Shown here: positions 29,781-39,176 of the stretch, piece after piece
How the letters are laid out: each line of letters opens with the position of its first letter
How positions within the stretch are numbered: position 1 is the first letter of the stretch
From: a virus
Reading direction: 5' to 3' (one strand)
Length of the DNA stretch: 64,000 bases
IMG/VR virus record: IMGVR_UViG_3300029959_000004
Coordinates: 1 to 64,000 of that record
Program-made: the position numbers and the translations under genes
Notes under the pieces: generated by a model
Databases searched by the model: none
Seen by the model: the letters and a program-made list of their open reading frames with translations, nothing else
What the model was told of the DNA's origin: nothing

Positions 29781-30044
29781 TCATTCTATTTTTCTTTCAT
29801 AATATTTCTTACACCACTTAGCTATTTCAAATACTCTCGGTTCTTTTGAAATCTTTTTAATCTCACTAAACCAGAATCCTCCATCATAATCTTCTCCTTC
29901 AATATCTAAATGAACATAATCTCTAGAAGTGTACGTCTCTGTACATACACGGGTTACTGTACCTATCATTCCTTTTTTAATTCTCCCAGTTTTTCTATTT
30001 TTAAATAAGTCAATAATTTTAACTTTATCTCCTATTTTAAACAT
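29781..30044 (-). CDS. Small head/tail-motif cassette protein
   Basis: MFKIGDKV...RVFEIAKWCKKYY. Confidence 0.75.
   Translation of the reverse strand: MFKIGDKVKIIDLFKNRKTGRIKKGMIGTVTRVCTETYTSRDYVHLDIEGEDYDGGFWFSEIKKISKEPRVFEIAKWCKKYYERKIE
29798..29837. repeat. 40-bp exact direct repeat (other copy 30819-30858) encoding the cassette tail
   Basis: cataatatttcttacaccacttagctatttcaaatactct occurs at both sites. Confidence 0.9.
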
Positions 30045-30052
30045 TACTCTCC

Positions 30053-30319
30053 TTAGTAATAGTTTTTACAAAAATTCACAATACCGTAAGGTTTAATAAT
30101 CTTTCTTTCTACTAATTCAAAAGCATCTTGACCTCTCCAATCACTAACGATATGATGCCAATCATCTGAACATTTTATAATTATTCCATCATTAGTATCA
30201 ATATATCTTCCTCCAACACGTATAACTATTGCTTCTTTATTAATGTCTTTCGGATGAGTATTATATCCCGAACAAATCTGTCTAACTCTATCGCCAACAC
30301 TAAATTTTCTTTTTATCAT
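30053..30319 (-). CDS. Small head/tail-motif cassette protein
   Basis: KFSVGDRV...IIKPYGIVNFCKNYY. Confidence 0.7.
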   Translation of the reverse strand: MIKRKFSVGDRVRQICSGYNTHPKDINKEAIVIRVGGRYIDTNDGIIIKCSDDWHHIVSDWRGQDAFELVERKIIKPYGIVNFCKNYY

Positions 30320-30443
30320 ATTTTTTCTATCCAACAAGCTTGATTAATTATGTTCTTGAAATCTTCTTCAGTATAGTATCTCTTTTTAATTATTTCGTCG
30401 AGAATAGCTTTTGCTTGTCTAGTTGCATCTTCACTAATTTCTT

Positions 30444-30821
30444 TCATTTCTTGTTCACGAGTTTTTTCACTATATTGTTTAGATTTTGGTTTATTACCCC
30501 AAATACTTCCGCCGGTTTTAAATATATCTTGTTCCATTTATTCTCCTTTTTAGAAGTTTCTCTCATAAATCTAACTATACCATATTCTCTTATTATTTTC
30601 TTTTTTAATTTTAAGAAATCTTTATGACAAAGAATTTCTTTCCCCCCATTTCTTATGAAACACTCTGAAAATTTATATGAACTAAATTTTTCACTGTTAA
30701 TTAATTTAATCCAATAACAATTTTGAAATTTTGAAGATTGAGTAATATACACCTCTCTATTAAAATATTTAAAGTTTTCTTCTTTAAATTTGATTATATA
30801 TATGTCTCTTTTTTTAAACAT
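30444..30821 (-). CDS. Small head/tail-motif cassette protein (tail reads through into the next gene region)
   Basis: MFKKRDI...IIREYGIVRFMRETSKKE. Confidence 0.65.
   Translation of the reverse strand: MFKKRDIYIIKFKEENFKYFNREVYITQSSKFQNCYWIKLINSEKFSSYKFSECFIRNGGKEILCHKDFLKLKKKIIREYGIVRFMRETSKKENKWNKIYLKPAEVFGVINQNLNNIVKKLVNKK
30564..30603. repeat. 40-bp exact direct repeat (other copy 38691-38730; near copies at ~33355 and ~43000)
   Basis: cataaatctaactataccatattctcttattattttcttt. Confidence 0.9.
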
Positions 30822-31041
30822 AATATTTCTTACACCACTTAGCTATTTCAAATACTCTTGATTCTCTATTTTGTGGTATAATTTCCCAATCACTTTCAGA
30901 CAAACCATTCAAATTAAATGACACAGAAGTATAATCTCCCCAGTCTATTTTGAATCTATCTTTCGAGACCTTTATTAAGATACCAAATCGTTCTTTATTT
31001 TCTCTTAGTCTTATTTTATCTCCAGGCTTAGCTCTTAACAT
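30814..31041 (-). CDS. Small head/tail-motif cassette protein
   Basis: MLRAKPGDKI...RVFEIAKWCKKYYV. Confidence 0.7.
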   Translation of the reverse strand: MLRAKPGDKIRLRENKERFGILIKVSKDRFKIDWGDYTSVSFNLNGLSESDWEIIPQNRESRVFEIAKWCKKYYV

Positions 31042-31282
31042 TTTTATTCTCCAAAAAATCAACTAACTTAAATCTCTTAATATTCTTCTTTTTATATCTT
31101 TCTACGAGAGAAGTAGATTTTAAAGTTTCGCAATCGTTAGTATAATTTTCTAATATAGAAACAAAACTTCTTATATCAGAATTAGTAATACCAAAAAAAT
31201 CATTATCTAAATTGTCGTTTATAGATGTAGTTCCTACATATGATCTAGGATTATAACTACAACTTGTTCCAATATTAGGCAT
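31028..31282 (-). CDS. Small protein with divergent cassette tail
   Basis: ...NIKRFKLVDFLENKN. Confidence 0.55.
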   Translation of the reverse strand: MPNIGTSCSYNPRSYVGTTSINDNLDNDFFGITNSDIRSFVSILENYTNDCETLKSTSLVERYKKKNIKRFKLVDFLENKNVKS

Positions 31283-32249
31283 TGTTTAGTCTCTCAATTA
31301 AGTTCATTCCTTTTTCAGTCAATCTTCTGCCTTTAGAAGTTCTCACTATTATATCGGTTTGCAACAAATAAGGTTCTATATAATAGAGATAGTTTTCTAC
31401 CGAAGTATCTAAATAATTGGATAAGCTATTTAACCCAACAACATTTTTACTAGATTTGATATACTCTAATATTTTTAAGTCAGATGCAGTATAACCATCT
31501 TTAATAATAGAGAAGTTTTTTAAGACTCGTTCTATATTTCCATCTAGATATACTAAAGATTCTAACAGTCTAATTAAATTTCTAGGAGTTCCTCTGCAAT
31601 TTTCAGCTAAAAGCTTATAACATTTATTGTTAATGTTTTCTTTGTTAAATAATCTATTTTTATAGAGACAAACCATTCTAACTAAATCTTCAAGAGTATA
31701 TTTTTCTAATTCTATTATTATTTTGAATCTATCAAAGAAGGGTTTTCTATCTTTTATTATTTCCCCCAATTCAGTAGTGGCGCCAACTAACGTAAAGACG
31801 CTTTCACAACCTCTAAAATCTTCTAATATTGGATATAGTTTCTCCGCCATCTCTCTTTTAAGAGAATGTATTTCATCTAAGAAAATAATTCCTCCGTTAA
31901 CTTTTTCTATTCTATCAATTATATCTTCATAACTTTCTATATCACTTCCTATACAATAGACATATTTTACTTTTAAATACAAAGCTATAAGCAAAGCCAA
32001 AGATGTTTTACCAAAACCAGGAGAACCTGAAATTAGAGTATGAGGAAAGATAACATCTCTCTTCTGAGTTCCTTCTATATATCCTTTAATTATATTTTTA
32101 GCTTTGTTTTGTCCTATATAGTCATCAAATGTTTCCGGTCTATATATAGACTTTGATGGCAGAATAATTCTAGTCTTGTCCTTTTGAGAAGTAGAAGAAG
32201 TGCAGACTCCTTCTACATAAGGATTTAACAACCAGTTTAGAAATGACAT
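31275..32249 (-). CDS. ruvB: Holliday junction branch-migration helicase RuvB
   Basis: RPETFDDYIGQ, GSPGFGKT, FLDEIH, GATT, RGTPR and IEPYLLQ...RTSKGR motifs. Confidence 0.9.
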   Translation of the reverse strand: MSFLNWLLNPYVEGVCTSSTSQKDKTRIILPSKSIYRPETFDDYIGQNKAKNIIKGYIEGTQKRDVIFPHTLISGSPGFGKTSLALLIALYLKVKYVYCIGSDIESYEDIIDRIEKVNGGIIFLDEIHSLKREMAEKLYPILEDFRGCESVFTLVGATTELGEIIKDRKPFFDRFKIIIELEKYTLEDLVRMVCLYKNRLFNKENINNKCYKLLAENCRGTPRNLIRLLESLVYLDGNIERVLKNFSIIKDGYTASDLKILEYIKSSKNVVGLNSLSNYLDTSVENYLYYIEPYLLQTDIIVRTSKGRRLTEKGMNLIERLNNA

Positions 32250-33320
32250 AGTTCTCCTAAGTAGCAGTCTTATCAAGATGTTATGTTAAAAAGAGCAGAA
32301 ACACTATCAAAATACGTCAAACCAAGACTTTCCAGACACTTAAAATTTAGTTAATACATATATACTAAAGACTTGAAAAAAGCAGAAATAAGCTATTTTA
32401 CAAGAGCCAAAACGCAAAAAACAAGCATTTTTTAGACTTCTGTCAATCTTAAGAATATCTCTCATTTGTTTTATTACCTCTTTCTAATTAAAAATAATTA
32501 GAGTAGTCGTATGCTTCTGGGTTAAAATCTATTTTATTATTAGGTAGCCCGTGATCTACTGCACCTACACCATAGATTACAAGCCTCGCTTCGTACCAGT
32601 CACTTTCTGGAGTTCCTTGTCTTCCGTCTTTCATTCTTTGTTGGTATATTTCATGTGCAATGCATTTTTGTTTATTGTATAATTCACTTACTCTTTGAAT
32701 TTCTTTAGCGTTTTGTTTATTCTTGTTCTCTTCCCTTTTGTTTTCTTGTTCCCTTTCATAATCTCTATAATGTTGCACCGAACAAAAATATCCATTGTAA
32801 TCATGATACGCACCAAAATTAAAAATACCTAATTCCTTGCCACAAAATACACAATCTGACATATCAACTCCTTTATTGAGTGTGATTTAATCTTCCTGTT
32901 CTTCGTAATCAGGGCAACCTTCACAAGTACCACCTGCTAAAAGTTGATAATTAAGAACGCAATAATCTTGGCAATCTGTTCTTGTTTTCCACCTACATTG
33001 TCCTTTCATTCCCCTCCCCCCTTATTTGGCTGTGGGCGATTGCTTTATCATAAGGCTCATACTTTTTACTACCTATTGTTTTACAACACTTTTTATAAAT
33101 TAACTCCTCTAAAATATCTGTCAATGATTTGGTCATTTTAGCTCCTTATTTGATTTTTCAAATAATTTATCAATTTCTTGAATAGTTTTATCCCTAATTC
33201 CAAAATAATCTATTGCATATTCTGAATGACACTTTTGTACAAAACAATCTAAAATACCTTGTAAAACTATTGTTTTCTTAATAAACTTTACTATATCGTT
33301 ACTCATCTCTTCTCCTTTCT

Positions 33321-33349
33321 ATTATATCATATAAAAATATATTTGTCAA
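33321..33349 (-). promoter_or_regulatory. Consensus sigma70 promoter (TTGACA-N17-TATAAT with extended -10 TG)
   Basis: Minus strand reads TTGACA AATATATTTTTATATGA TATAAT. Confidence 0.75.
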
Positions 33350-33633
33350 GAAGTTTCTCTCATAAACTTAACTATTCCAAATTCTCTTACAATTCTTTTC
33401 TTTCTCTCAATCAATTCTATTTCATCAATCCAAAGACCTCTAGCAGATAAAAGAGATTTTTCAATATCTAAATGAACAAATTTTTCTATTCTTAGGGAAG
33501 AATATCTGTAAGCGTCTCCCACATATGTAACTTTTCCTATTTTCCCCGATAATAGTTTGCTATTACTAGAACAATAAGTATTATGTTGAGAAAATTTTAC
33601 TCTTACTATGTCTCCAATTTTAAATTTATACAT
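33346..33633 (-). CDS. Small head/tail-motif cassette protein
   Basis: MYKFKIGDIV...IVREFGIVKFMRETS. Confidence 0.75.
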   Translation of the reverse strand: MYKFKIGDIVRVKFSQHNTYCSSNSKLLSGKIGKVTYVGDAYRYSSLRIEKFVHLDIEKSLLSARGLWIDEIELIERKKRIVREFGIVKFMRETS

Positions 33634-33762
33634 TTTCTAGTTTTATATAAACTCTTTTTAATAATTCTTTAAAAAGTTCTCTTCCAATAGAATCTTTTCT
33701 TAATTTTGTTTCTGTCTCTTTCCATACGTCTAACACTGCTTTTGCGTTGTCTTTAGACATTC

Positions 33763-34005
33763 TTACTCCTTCTTAGTTGTATTTTTCATAAAAGCAACTA
33801 TTGGATATTCTTTTATTATCTTCTTATAAGGAGATACTAATATCCAATTATATTCACAAGTACATCCTTCATCTTTATCTTGTCCTATCTTGTATGTTTT
33901 TAATATATTTTTATCATATTTAATAAGAGTATATATAATATCGGGACACGCTCCGCTACAGAAATTTTTTACTCTTACTTTATCTCCCGCTTTAAATTTA
34001 TACAT
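33763..34005 (-). CDS. Small head/tail-motif cassette protein
   Basis: MYKFKAGDKV...IIKEYPIVAFMKNTTKKE. Confidence 0.75.
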   Translation of the reverse strand: MYKFKAGDKVRVKNFCSGACPDIIYTLIKYDKNILKTYKIGQDKDEGCTCEYNWILVSPYKKIIKEYPIVAFMKNTTKKE

Positions 34006-34261
34006 AGTATTTTTTACAAAATTTAACTATTTCATAAGGTTGTGTTATCTTTTTATGTTCTTTTATCAACACACATTCATCTACGTACATAAATGTCAAC
34101 ATATATTCGTTAGTAGGATTTTTATATATTGTTTTTGCTCTTTTTATACTATCTGCCCAAAATCCCCATATTTTATTCCTATCTATTTTAACTATAATAC
34201 AGTAAGATTTAGAAGGATATTTATAAGTAATCAAATCACCAATCTTAAATTCACAATTCAT
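33998..34261 (-). CDS. Small head/tail-motif cassette protein
   Basis: EFKIGDLI...ITQPYEIVKFCKKYYV. Confidence 0.75.
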   Translation of the reverse strand: MNCEFKIGDLITYKYPSKSYCIIVKIDRNKIWGFWADSIKRAKTIYKNPTNEYMLTFMYVDECVLIKEHKKITQPYEIVKFCKKYYV

Positions 34262-35001
34262 TAACGACTTCTCCTTCTAGAAGAATAAGCTATATTGTTT
34301 CTAGTTTGAATTCTATTTTCTTCGTATTTAAAATATTCAGCGTATTTCTTTAGTTTTCTATCTTCCAACCCAGGTGCACAGTTAATTTCTAATACGTAAA
34401 GTTTATTGTCTTTACGAATAATATCAACTGCTCCAAAATTTAAATTTAATGTTTTAACTGCTCTCTTAGCTAAATCTATTAAAGAGTGTTTATATTCTCT
34501 ATCATAAGATACCTGAATCCAGCCATTTCTTTTACTTCTTACTACTTTGTTAGCCGTCTCTACTTTAGGTATTTTTACACTAACTATTGTATCATAATCT
34601 CCGAGAATATGTACTCTATATTCACTTGTTTTATCTATATATTGAATTAGATAATCATAATCTCTATTTAATCTATTTAATTCCTCTTGATTTCTAACGA
34701 AAATCACATCTCTTCCTTGAGAATGAAATCTTTTTCTTGCCAATAAAGGGAACATATCATTTGGTATTCTTTCTCCTCTAAGAAAGGTTTTGGGAGTAGA
34801 GATTTCATTGTTTTGCATTATTTTAGACGCTTTATACTTATCAAATTCACAGTTTGCGTTTAAATTCGCTCCAGTAAATTTTCCTCCGTAATTAACTATA
34901 AACTCTCTAAAAGAAGGAATATTAATTTTACTTGTTCTACAATTTAATTCTATCGCTAATTTTTTAGCGGTTATTCCCCCTTTTCTTCTAAAAATAAACA
35001 T
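34261..35001 (-). CDS. ATP-grasp ligase (RimK-like, phiEco32-type cluster)
   Basis: HSQGRD, IQYI..EYRVH, FGAVDI and YVLEINCAPG motifs. Confidence 0.88.
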   Translation of the reverse strand: MFIFRRKGGITAKKLAIELNCRTSKINIPSFREFIVNYGGKFTGANLNANCEFDKYKASKIMQNNEISTPKTFLRGERIPNDMFPLLARKRFHSQGRDVIFVRNQEELNRLNRDYDYLIQYIDKTSEYRVHILGDYDTIVSVKIPKVETANKVVRSKRNGWIQVSYDREYKHSLIDLAKRAVKTLNLNFGAVDIIRKDNKLYVLEINCAPGLEDRKLKKYAEYFKYEENRIQTRNNIAYSSRRRSR

Positions 35002-35058
35002 ACATTCTCTCCTTTTTAATAATATTTCTTACAGAATTCTACTATACCAAATGGTTTA
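34995..35058. repeat. 64-bp exact direct repeat (other copy 38302-38365): cassette tail, RBS and start of the next gene
   Basis: taaacatacattctctcctttttaataatatttcttacagaattctactataccaaatggttta occurs at both sites. Confidence 0.92.
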
Positions 35059-35306
35059 ATTATTCTATTTACTAATTTAATTGTACTAAAAGGCATATAT
35101 CCATAAAAAGTTCTAAATTTTTTTTCATTATTATGTTTAAACATATATAAAGCTTCTTTTATTGTGTTTCCCCAATAACCGTACGCTTTGTTTTCTTCAA
35201 TTTCTTTAATTACACAGTATCCTTGCGTACAGTATCCTTGAAAAATATCATCATAAAGAGAAGTTCTTATCTTATAAAAGACAAAGTCACCAATCTTAAA
35301 TTTCAT
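35016..35306 (-). CDS. Small head/tail-motif cassette protein
   Basis: MKFKIGDFV...IIKPFGIVEFCKKYY. Confidence 0.75.
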   Translation of the reverse strand: MKFKIGDFVFYKIRTSLYDDIFQGYCTQGYCVIKEIEENKAYGYWGNTIKEALYMFKHNNEKKFRTFYGYMPFSTIKLVNRIIKPFGIVEFCKKYY

Positions 35307-35629
35307 TTATAGTATCTTCTACAAAATTTTACAATACCATATTCTTTGATTGTTTTCTTTATTTCTCTATTAACAATTACAAAACTACCATACCAAGCAC
35401 TAAAATCTCTAAAATCATCGCTTACAGAAGCAAGTAAAGGATTATTTAATCCATCTTCACCGCACATATGATGTCTTGCGGTAGTTTTTAATATTTTATG
35501 TACTTTATATAACTGATTGATTGTTCCATAGTTATCTGTATCATGATAATTAGGAGAAATCCAAGATTTTCTACTAACATATCTAACAATGTCTCCTATT
35601 TTTAAATCTTTTGGATGTACAAATCTCAT
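35303..35629 (-). CDS. Small head/tail-motif cassette protein
   Basis: LKIGDIV...TIKEYGIVKFCRRYYK. Confidence 0.75.
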   Translation of the reverse strand: MRFVHPKDLKIGDIVRYVSRKSWISPNYHDTDNYGTINQLYKVHKILKTTARHHMCGEDGLNNPLLASVSDDFRDFSAWYGSFVIVNREIKKTIKEYGIVKFCRRYYK

Positions 35630-35630
35630 A

Positions 35631-36635
35631 TTATTTTTGTGGTAGAGAACCGCTTTCCATATAAGCTTTGTTGCAATCTTTACATATCATTGTTCCTCCC
35701 TCTAGAGAAATTTCTATCATTTCTTTAGTTGGAAAGAACTCTCCACAACTTTCACAACACTGTTCAGATTCTATATCTTCTTCGTTATTTTCTACTAATT
35801 TAATTTCTCCCTTTTTCACAGCTTTTCTACATTTTTTACATAAGTTGAAAGAAATAAAATCTCCTTTTGTTTCAGTTTCAATATCTACCGTCATTACATA
35901 TTTCATCTCATTACATCCTTCACATAAACCTTCAAAAACTACAGATTTGCCTTTGTTATCTACTTTATCTCTCACGGAGCTGTTTGTATTATCATTATAG
36001 TTTTCTTCTCTTTCATAATTATGAAAACCCAACAAACCGGCTCCTCTTTCAAAATAAGAACAAGATTTATAACCACTGTTTGAATAAAATATATTACTTT
36101 CTGTTTCCCAAGCACCAAACTTCTGAATTTCTCCATTGTTGTGCATAATAGCTAACTTATCTCCTTCAATAAATACGTTAATTAGTTTAATTACCGCTTC
36201 ACTGTGAAGATTATTTTTTATTGATTCGTCAGATAAAATATCTAATATAAACTTTTGTGTATCTGAGAATTTTTCGTGATGACCGTAGTTAGTAATTACT
36301 CCATTGTGAGCTACTGCAACTTGACAGATTAACTCCGGTTTTCTTAACAGTTCAGTATTCTTAGTTATAGGAAACGGATGCCTATTTCCTATATCTTTTA
36401 GACCGTGAGTAGCGAATCTAAAATGAATTACTAAAGCGTCTTCTTTAGAGAGATTATCTTTACACCAAGCGATCATATGTTTTGCATTAGTAAAGTCCTT
36501 CTTAATACAAACTTCATTAGAATTTACTTTCCAGTACATAATACCTATTCCGTCACTATTTCTAGTTTCTGCGTATAATAAATAAGCTTCTTTAGGAAAA
36601 TCTACTCCCTTCTCTTTAACAGCAATTAAGCACAT
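35631..36635 (-). CDS. Class II (Ntn) glutamine amidotransferase with C-terminal Zn ribbons
   Basis: N-terminal MC, NSDGIG, IHFRFATHG, HPF, AHNG and SDT motifs. Confidence 0.9.
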   Translation of the reverse strand: MCLIAVKEKGVDFPKEAYLLYAETRNSDGIGIMYWKVNSNEVCIKKDFTNAKHMIAWCKDNLSKEDALVIHFRFATHGLKDIGNRHPFPITKNTELLRKPELICQVAVAHNGVITNYGHHEKFSDTQKFILDILSDESIKNNLHSEAVIKLINVFIEGDKLAIMHNNGEIQKFGAWETESNIFYSNSGYKSCSYFERGAGLLGFHNYEREENYNDNTNSSVRDKVDNKGKSVVFEGLCEGCNEMKYVMTVDIETETKGDFISFNLCKKCRKAVKKGEIKLVENNEEDIESEQCCESCGEFFPTKEMIEISLEGGTMICKDCNKAYMESGSLPQK

Positions 36636-38308
36636 AATTTTTCTCCTTTCAGATGTTTTAACATTGTTCCATATTTTTCCTGGTCTTTAGCCCAATCTAT
36701 AAACAACTTCCAACTATTTTTTCTATATTCTCTTTCTCCTATTACTAGAGACGTAACTCCAACAACTTTTACAAAATAACTTAGAGCTTCCATAAATTGT
36801 AATATAGCAGTTATTCTTTTTGGATTTAATGTTCCTCTAAACATTCTTATTTCTACAGTATTAGTAGAACTATTCAAATTTAAAGCCCAATATCGACCAC
36901 TTTGAGAGCTATCGTTTAATATATCCTTTGTGTTAATTGTCTCAAATTTACAATAGTTTTCCCCAACTCCCTTTCTTCTAGACAATTCTTTAAGTTTATC
37001 TTCATTTTCTTTAAAGAATAATCTCATTTTGGTAATTTCTAAATCTTCAAAGAAATCTCTTGAGAGATGTATATGTAATCCACATTTACCACTCTCTTCT
37101 GAGGTAAATTCTTGTTCTTTCATCCATCTTAATATCTTGTTTAATTTCATTTCTCTGTGTGCATAAGATAGAGTAAACGGATGAGTAACTATCTCAAAAC
37201 CATTTGGAACGCTTCCATCGTGCTTGAGATAGTAATGTTTTTCTACTTTTTCTTTTTTAAGAAAAGAAATTAATTTTGAAGAAGCTTCTTTTTCTGAAGA
37301 ATCTCTTTGTACCTCTAATTCTAATCCCATAAATAAAGAGGCTTTCTGATCTTCTGAATTTTCCTTCTCCCATTTTAATTTTTTAAATTCTGGAGAGGGT
37401 TTATATGAATAATCGTGAATCAATCTTTCTTCTGCGGTAGAACCCTCTTCAGAATAACAATCTTCACAAAAAAGAAATCCATCACTTTCTCTAGTTCTCA
37501 TATCATCAACACGAAAAGTATCTCCACAGGCGTTGCATACAGAAAATCTTTCACTAAAACAATCACTACAATAAACGTTATCATCCGTTCCCGTGAATAT
37601 TTCACCTGAATGACAATCTAATTCACAATCACAAGAATAACAAGTAGCGAAATTTTCAGAGTAACAATCATCGCAATAACGATCTCCTTCTTCCGAAGTA
37701 AGCAAATCATCAATATAAAAATTTCCCTCACAACACGAACAAGAACCAACTTGTTGATTATAACATTCTTCACACCAAATTTTACCATCAAACTCGTGAG
37801 AACATTCTTCTTTCTCAATATTTTTTTTACACGATGAACATTTTACAATTTCCTTTGTTTTGAGTTTTCTCATGTTTTTCTCCTTTTCAAAAATTATATG
37901 AGCTTCTGTATTGTCTAAATTTATTAACCAAGAATATCTCCACTTGCCCGGTCTTTCTTTAATTCCAGTACCACCGTTAAGAGTATTGTTCCATAAACAG
38001 ATATATTTATTTTCATTTCTAGTAAAAATTTCTCCCACTTTTCCATAAATATATTTTTTATTCGCAATAGTTTCTGTGTCGTTCGCATTAGTTGCAATTA
38101 AATCACCAACGTTTATTTTATTAGAAATCTCATTTATATAGTATTTATTTACCTTCTCAATACCGCACTCATATAATTCTATTTCTAAATCATTTTTAAG
38201 AATACTTGTCAAGTACTTTGTTTCTCCTTCTGTTACTTCAGTTTTTGACAGTATTTTTATCAAAGTACTTTCGTTTTTTATTCTTGCTATTTCTCCCAAT
38301 TTAAACAT
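36626..38308 (-). CDS. Putative amidoligase (COOH-NH2 ligase) with tandem CxxC repeats
   Basis: MGLELEV, KHDGS, GFEIVTHP, CGLHIH, RYWALN and VEIRMFRGTL motifs; many CxxC pairs. Confidence 0.88.
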   Translation of the reverse strand: MFKLGEIARIKNESTLIKILSKTEVTEGETKYLTSILKNDLEIELYECGIEKVNKYYINEISNKINVGDLIATNANDTETIANKKYIYGKVGEIFTRNENKYICLWNNTLNGGTGIKERPGKWRYSWLINLDNTEAHIIFEKEKNMRKLKTKEIVKCSSCKKNIEKEECSHEFDGKIWCEECYNQQVGSCSCCEGNFYIDDLLTSEEGDRYCDDCYSENFATCYSCDCELDCHSGEIFTGTDDNVYCSDCFSERFSVCNACGDTFRVDDMRTRESDGFLFCEDCYSEEGSTAEERLIHDYSYKPSPEFKKLKWEKENSEDQKASLFMGLELEVQRDSSEKEASSKLISFLKKEKVEKHYYLKHDGSVPNGFEIVTHPFTLSYAHREMKLNKILRWMKEQEFTSEESGKCGLHIHLSRDFFEDLEITKMRLFFKENEDKLKELSRRKGVGENYCKFETINTKDILNDSSQSGRYWALNLNSSTNTVEIRMFRGTLNPKRITAILQFMEALSYFVKVVGVTSLVIGEREYRKNSWKLFIDWAKDQEKYGTMLKHLKGEKLCA

Positions 38309-38322
38309 ACATTCTCTCCTTT

Positions 38323-38583
38323 TTAATAATATTTCTTACAGAATTCTACTATACCAAATGGTTTACTATATTTATTAATCATTTCTAAATCATCTATAGA
38401 AAAACCTGAACATCTCGTATTATCTCTGAAAAACCTTACCACTATAGAATTTTCTCTTTTATCCATATCTATGTCTTTATGAAGAGCTCCTAACATAAGT
38501 ACTTTTTCTCCCACGCAAGGTAAAGAACAGGGACGAGTACAAAACTTTCCTCTTGTTTTTATTCTAGCTTTGCTATTAATCAT
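38323..38583 (-). CDS. Small tail-motif cassette protein
   Basis: ...SKPFGIVEFCKKYY. Confidence 0.7.
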   Translation of the reverse strand: MINSKARIKTRGKFCTRPCSLPCVGEKVLMLGALHKDIDMDKRENSIVVRFFRDNTRCSGFSIDDLEMINKYSKPFGIVEFCKKYY

Positions 38584-38669
38584 TGTATTGTCTCCAAATT
38601 TAACGAAGAGACCATAATATTCGGATAAGGGAGATATAAGAACCGTAATATTAGAGGGTCTCTTCCTAG

Positions 38670-38927
38670 TTATTTCTTTTCAATAGAACGCATAAATCTA
38701 ACTATACCATATTCTCTTATTATTTTCTTTGTAGAAAGAATAAAAGAATCTTCATACCAACTCCAATTATTCTCCAAAACATTGTAAACTTTTTTTCCGG
38801 GAGCAGTTGGAAAGTTGAATATTTTAGATATGGTAAATGTTTTGCCTATAAATGCGTTCATAATTTTATTCCAATCAAATTTACCTTCTTTTATTATTTT
38901 TATCTTATCTCCAATTTTATATTTCAT
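38670..38927 (-). CDS. Small head/tail-motif cassette protein
   Basis: MKYKIGDKI...IIREYGIVRFMRS. Confidence 0.75.
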   Translation of the reverse strand: MKYKIGDKIKIIKEGKFDWNKIMNAFIGKTFTISKIFNFPTAPGKKVYNVLENNWSWYEDSFILSTKKIIREYGIVRFMRSIEKK

Positions 38928-39176
38928 TTATTTATAGTTCTTCTTGCACCATTTTGCAATATTATATTCTTTATTTTTTCGTGTATTTACAAGTTTAAAT
39001 CTCCAATCGAAATAATCTTCTATTTGAAGTCTGTCAGAAATAACTTGATAAAATAGAGTATTTCCGCTCATATAACTATTTAAAATAGTATATTCTTTAT
39101 TTATAGTTAACTCACCAATATTAAGCCCACGATTTGAAACACAAATAACCTTAGTGTTTATTTTAAATATTTGCAT
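38928..39176 (-). CDS. Small head/tail-motif cassette protein
   Basis: IFKINTKV...NKEYNIAKWCKKNYK. Confidence 0.7.
   Translation of the reverse strand: MQIFKINTKVICVSNRGLNIGELTINKEYTILNSYMSGNTLFYQVISDRLQIEDYFDWRFKLVNTRKNKEYNIAKWCKKNYK

Noticed and set aside
38605-38665. Possible twister ribozyme
   Set aside because: The conserved twister loop and pseudoknot nucleotides are absent; kept only as a hairpin.
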